From Halochromatium sp. (lineage in GTDB: Bacteria > Pseudomonadota > Gammaproteobacteria > Chromatiales > Chromatiaceae): a DNA stretch of 64,000 nt. The first letter of the stretch is position 1; each line of letters begins with the position of its first letter. A program made the translations under genes and the position numbers. The stretch covers positions 7,778 through 71,777 of the forward strand of contig POWB01000024.1 in NCBI GenBank assembly GCA_010912705.1. The letters are read 5' to 3'. The notes beneath the pieces were generated by a model. That model was not told where the DNA came from, ran no database searches, and was given only the letters and a program-made list of their open reading frames with translations. Shown in pieces: positions 59,930 through 64,000 of this stretch.

Positions 59930-60727
59930 ATGACCGCATCGACTACCTCTGCAGATACCTTCTCCATCGCCGGCCGCGACTACCAATCGCGCCTGCTCGT
60001 CGGCACCGGCAAGTACAAGGATATGGACGAGACCGCCCGCGCCATCGCAGCCAGTGGCGCTGAGATCGTCACCATCGCCGTGCGCCGCACCAACATCGGC
60101 CAAAACGCCGATGAGCCGAATATCCTCGAGGTGCTGACCCCAGATCGTTACACCATCCTGCCGAACACCGCCGGCTGTTACGACGTCGACAGCGCGGTGC
60201 GCACCTGCCACCTCGCGCGCGAGCTGCTCGATGGCCACAAGCTGGTCAAGCTCGAGGTGCTCGGCGACCAGAAGACGCTGTTCCCGGACGTGCTGCAGAC
60301 TGTCGAGGCGGCCAAGATCCTAGTCGCCGATGGCTTCGACGTCATGGTTTACACCAACGACGACCCCATCGTCGCCAAGCAGTTGGAAGAGATCGGCTGC
60401 GTGGCGGTGATGCCGCTAGCGGCGCCGATCGGCTCCGGTCTCGGCATCCGCAACCGGCTGAACATCCTCACCATCGTCGAAAACGCCAAGGTGCCGATCC
60501 TGGTTGATGCCGGGGTTGGCACGGCCTCAGACGCGGCAGTGGCGATGGAACTGGGCTGTGATGGCGTACTGATGAACACCGCGATTGCCGCGGCCAAGGA
60601 CCCGGTGCTGATGGCGAGCGCGATGCGCAAGGGCATTGAGGCCGGGCGTGAGGCCTTCTTGGCCGGGCGCATGCCGGCCAAGCGCTTTGCATCAGCCTCG
60701 TCGCCGATTGAGGGCACCTTCTTCTGA
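59930..60727 (+). CDS. thiG: Thiazole synthase
   Basis: [42 protein letters not shown]. Confidence 0.97.
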   Translation: MTASTTSADTFSIAGRDYQSRLLVGTGKYKDMDETARAIAASGAEIVTIAVRRTNIGQNADEPNILEVLTPDRYTILPNTAGCYDVDSAVRTCHLARELLDGHKLVKLEVLGDQKTLFPDVLQTVEAAKILVADGFDVMVYTNDDPIVAKQLEEIGCVAVMPLAAPIGSGLGIRNRLNILTIVENAKVPILVDAGVGTASDAAVAMELGCDGVLMNTAIAAAKDPVLMASAMRKGIEAGREAFLAGRMPAKRFASASSPIEGTFF

Positions 60728-60823
60728 TCCTGTATCGCTCCCCGCAGGCCTCTGCCGGGGGGGGCGCAGACCGAGGCGGGCTACGGCGATGGCCTGGATG
60801 ATCAATAATCCGGCAACCCTAAT

Positions 60824-61468
60824 CTATCTGGCCCCGCGTTGCGATGCCGTGCCACAAAAGAATGGATTCAACTCCGGCTCGCCGTCTGGCTCGTCAGTCA
60901 CCGACTCTAGGGTCACATCCTCGTAGATCTCATCCATGGTGCAGCTGAAATCGAGCGTCGGCAGCTCCAGTAGGCCATCATCGGCCAGCGGCTGCAGCAT
61001 CCAGCCCTTGGCGTGACGACGAAAGACATCGACCACGCGCCGGCGTGAATCGATCAGCACATAGTCCTGCAGGCTCTCGAGCAGCCGATAGCGGGCAAAC
61101 TTGTCGCCGCGGTCGTAGCCCTCGGTCGACTTGGACAGGATCTCGATGACAACGCTCGGCGAGCGTTTGATCAGCGGTTCCGACGCATCCGCCGCCGCGC
61201 AGGTGACGAAGACATCGGGGTAGAAGAAGGCGTTGGCCCGCTCCACCTGGAGCTTCATATCAGTGATGTAGACCCGGCAAGGACCACCGCGCAGATGGGC
61301 GCGCAGCATGCTAGCGAGGTTGAGCGATATCGTCACGTGCGCATCGGTCGCGCCGCCCATCGCAAACACCTCGCCGTCCACATACTCATGTTTGATGGGC
61401 GACTCGGCCTCGCGGGCGAGATAATCGTTGACGGTGATGAATGAGGACACAGCAAGATTGGACATCAT
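60824..61468 (-). CDS. Uma2-family (DUF820) endonuclease
   Basis: KHEYVDGEVFAMGG...H, YPDVFV, VIEILSKST...DRGDK...Y. Confidence 0.92.
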   Translation of the reverse strand: MMSNLAVSSFITVNDYLAREAESPIKHEYVDGEVFAMGGATDAHVTISLNLASMLRAHLRGGPCRVYITDMKLQVERANAFFYPDVFVTCAAADASEPLIKRSPSVVIEILSKSTEGYDRGDKFARYRLLESLQDYVLIDSRRRVVDVFRRHAKGWMLQPLADDGLLELPTLDFSCTMDEIYEDVTLESVTDEPDGEPELNPFFCGTASQRGAR

Positions 61469-61751
61469 GGCACTCCCGGTAAGACGGCTGTGGAACCTGT
61501 TCGTGGCACGCTCGCGCGGCTAGAGCCAGTGTGCTCTGTCATCGTACTCAAGCTGGCGGCGCCACGATGATTGAACACGAAGAAGATGGACGGAGGTCAT
61601 GACTGAATCATCGGCAGACCTTGATTGCAACCGATTATTGAAGCCTCGCCTCATCGTTGCATAGCACGGTGAAATGGACGATGCGCAGCAAACCCGACAT
61701 CGTTCAGCCGCTTCAGGCGCGCGCCGAGCCCAAACACCAAGCGGCTCCTAA

Positions 61752-61799
61752 TTGACAACGCATCGCGGCCCGATAAACTAAGTTCGGTTAGTCTAGTTT
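61752..61799 (+). promoter_or_regulatory. Sigma70 promoter and probable TA operator of vapBC
   Basis: TTGACA (61752), 16 nt, TAAACT (61774); inverted repeat AAACTA...TAGTTT (61775-61799) overlapping the -10. Confidence 0.65.
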
Positions 61800-61819
61800 G
61801 ATCGATCCGGAGAGTCCCA

Positions 61820-62059
61820 GTGCGCACCGTCAATATGCACGAAGCCAAGACCCACCTCTCTCAGCTCGTTGAAAAGGCAGCGGGGGGCGAGCCATTCGTC
61901 ATCGCCAAGGCTGGACGCCCAATGGTCAAGGTGATCCCGCTTGAAGAGATGTCGACCCCGCAGCGCCTCGGCTTCATGGCGGGGCAGATTCGCGTCCCCG
62001 AGGATTTCGATCGCATGGGTGAAGACACCATCCTAGCGATGTTTGGGGAGCAAGCTTGA
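61820..62059 (+). CDS. Phd/YefM-family antitoxin
   Basis: VNMHEAKTHLSQLVE....GE..VIAKAGRP. Confidence 0.92.
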   Translation: MRTVNMHEAKTHLSQLVEKAAGGEPFVIAKAGRPMVKVIPLEEMSTPQRLGFMAGQIRVPEDFDRMGEDTILAMFGEQA

Positions 62060-62448
62060 GGCTGCTGCTCGATACCCAGGTGCTGCTCTGGTCCGCGGGT
62101 GAGCCCAAGCGATTGCCGGAGCAGGCACGCGCGTTGCTCGCGGCGCCCGAGAACCTGCTCCATTTCAGCCCGGCCAATCTCTGGGAGGTGGTCATCAAGA
62201 ACGGACTGGGGCGAGACGATTTTCAGGTCGACGCACACGCGCTGCGCCGCGGCCTGCTCGACAATGGCTACCGAGAACTCTGCATCGACAGCAGCCATGC
62301 GCTGATGGTGCAGAATCTTCCCGCGATTCACAAAGACCCGTTCGACCGCATGCTGATCGCCCAAGCCATGGTGGAGGGATTAACCCTCGTGACCTCGGAT
62401 GGGCTGATCATCCGCTATCCTGTCCCGACGGTCCGTGTCTCTATTTGA
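62056..62448 (+). CDS. vapC: VapC PIN-domain toxin
   Basis: LLLDTQVLLW, S.ANLWE...K, HKDPFDRMLIAQA, LVTSD. Confidence 0.92.
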   Translation: MRLLLDTQVLLWSAGEPKRLPEQARALLAAPENLLHFSPANLWEVVIKNGLGRDDFQVDAHALRRGLLDNGYRELCIDSSHALMVQNLPAIHKDPFDRMLIAQAMVEGLTLVTSDGLIIRYPVPTVRVSI

Positions 62449-62503
62449 TCACCGCTATTTACATCCGTCGTCGCACCAAGCGCTCCCTGATCCCGGCTGC
62501 CCC

Positions 62504-63463
62504 ATGGACAAGACCAACCGCAACGCCATCCAAAGCACGACCAAGGTCTTGAAACTCAGCAATCGAGACGCGGGCAATGCTGCCGAGCCAGCGCCTGACT
62601 CAACAGTCAAACCTACTGATCTAGCCGCCGGCTCAGCCCGAGATACCGCCAAAACAGCGGCCGGCCTAGGCGCTGATCGAGATGCCGGCCCAGTTGCCGG
62701 TGCATCTGCTAGCCCAGGTGCCGCTATAGCTGCTGGCCCAGCTATTGCCGAAGCGCGCGAGCGGATAGCGCGCCCAATTCGCAGCTTCGTGCTGCGCGAG
62801 GGGCGGCTGACGGCCGGCCAGGAGCGCGCCTTTCGCGAGCTCTGGACGCGCTTCGGCGTCAACTGGCAGCCAGGCGAGACGCTCGATCCACAGGCGCTTT
62901 TTTCTGGCGGCCCGCCCGATCTCTCCCAGCCGCGTCCCATCACGCTCGAGATCGGCTTTGGCAACGGTGAATCGTTGGCGACCATGGCTGCGGCGGCACC
63001 GGAGCGCGATTTCATCGGCCTCGAAGTCCACCGACCTGGCGTTGGCCATCTGCTGCTCTTGCTCGAGCAACAGGGGCTGACCAACGTGCGCGTGCTGCGC
63101 GCCGATGCGACGGCCCTGCTCGAGACCGGCCTGCCCGCTGCCAGCCTGGACCGGGTGCAGCTGTTCTTCCCAGACCCCTGGCCGAAGAAGCGTCATCACA
63201 AGCGGCGCATCGTACAACCGAGTGTTGTCGCCGCCGTCGCACAGGTGCTGCAAACGGGTGGGATCTTTCACCTGGCTACCGATTGGACCCCTTATGCGGA
63301 CTGGATGCTGACCATGCTCGACAATGCCAACGCGCTGTTTGAGAACTGCGCTGGACCGGGTCAATTCAGCCCGCGCCCGGCGCAACGACCGCTGACCAAG
63401 TTCGAGCGCCGCGGCCAGCGCCTCGGCCATCAGGTGCACGACCTGATCTACCGGCGTCGCTGA
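62504..63463 (+). CDS. trmB: tRNA (guanine-N7)-methyltransferase with Ala-rich N-terminal extension
   Basis: IRSFVLREGRLT.GQ, LEIGFGNG, GLEVH.PG, FFPDPWPKKRH.KRR, HLATDW..YA, TKFERRG. Confidence 0.95.
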   Translation: MDKTNRNAIQSTTKVLKLSNRDAGNAAEPAPDSTVKPTDLAAGSARDTAKTAAGLGADRDAGPVAGASASPGAAIAAGPAIAEARERIARPIRSFVLREGRLTAGQERAFRELWTRFGVNWQPGETLDPQALFSGGPPDLSQPRPITLEIGFGNGESLATMAAAAPERDFIGLEVHRPGVGHLLLLLEQQGLTNVRVLRADATALLETGLPAASLDRVQLFFPDPWPKKRHHKRRIVQPSVVAAVAQVLQTGGIFHLATDWTPYADWMLTMLDNANALFENCAGPGQFSPRPAQRPLTKFERRGQRLGHQVHDLIYRRR

Positions 63464-64000
63464 TGGCTGCTTTAACCCTCTCGCAGCTGCAACCGCGCGT
63501 CCTTGCCCCGGTCGATCTCCAGATCAGCGCCGGCGAGCTGATCTTCATCTCCGGGCCTTCAGGCTCCGGCAAGAGCCTGCTGCTGCGCGCCATTGCCGAT
63601 CTCGATCCGAATCAGGGCGAAGTATTGATCGACGACCGGCCACGCAAATCGATCCCGGCCCCGGAGTGGCGTCGGCGCGTCGGCTTGCTGCCGGCCGAGA
63701 GCGGCTGGTGGACCGATCGTGTTGGTGATCATTTCATCGCTGCTGCAGCCGCAGGTGCTGCATCATCGACTGATCCTGCCGACAACGCCGATAGCGACCT
63801 TGCTGTCAGCACAGCGCTGCCGCATCTGCTCGCCCGCCTCGGCTTCGAGCGCGACGTCCTCGATTGGGACATCCAGCGGCTCTCGACCGGCGAGCGCCAA
63901 CGCCTCGCACTGGCGCGACTGCTGCTCAATGACCCGGAAGTGCTGCTCTTGGACGAGGCCACCGCCAACCTGGACCCAACCAACCGCGAGCACGCCGAGC
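63463..64000 (+). CDS. ABC transporter ATP-binding protein (FetA/YbbL-like), runs off the window
   Basis: ATG overlaps the trmB stop; GPSGSGKS, LSTGERQR, LLLDEATANLD. Confidence 0.88.
   Translation, partial: MAALTLSQLQPRVLAPVDLQISAGELIFISGPSGSGKSLLLRAIADLDPNQGEVLIDDRPRKSIPAPEWRRRVGLLPAESGWWTDRVGDHFIAAAAAGAASSTDPADNADSDLAVSTALPHLLARLGFERDVLDWDIQRLSTGERQRLALARLLLNDPEVLLLDEATANLDPTNREHAE

Noticed and set aside
59420-59930. TPP riboswitch near thiS/thiG
   Set aside because: The conserved CTGAGA...ACCTGA core is not found.
61470-61750. Possible small gene relics between Uma2 and vapB
   Set aside because: An RBS-ATG at about 61599 gives only a ~21-codon frame with no recognisable family.

Overview
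GC-rich gammaproteobacterial chromosome segment. A sulfur-globule envelope protein gene suggests a purple sulfur bacterium (Chromatiaceae-like; inference). Most of it is housekeeping and signalling: L,D-transpeptidase, a GldFG-type ABC module, rarA-crcB-serS, degQ, GH57, three diguanylate cyclases plus a CHASE/PAS kinase, pteridine reductase, slt, DAHP synthase, asmA-mutY-yggX, tRNA-Gly(CCC), thiS-thiG-trmB and two type II TA loci. The standout is a tightly coupled five-gene block at 8987-14071. It encodes three different ParA/MinD-superfamily ATPases, one fused through a TM helix to a SPOR domain, plus a bitopic protein whose C-terminal domain resembles mitofilin/Mic60. It may be an undescribed membrane-organising or positioning system, and it abuts a decapitated ABC-ATPase gene. 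Decay is also visible: nonsense codons in mutY and a 5'-nucleotidase in the same aaCTAGc context, a deletion-fused AAA/coiled-coil relic and a 5'-truncated RelE toxin. Other candidates are a structured ncRNA (about 15740-15880) and a CTG-initiated kinase. All family assignments come from motif recognition by eye; no searches were run.
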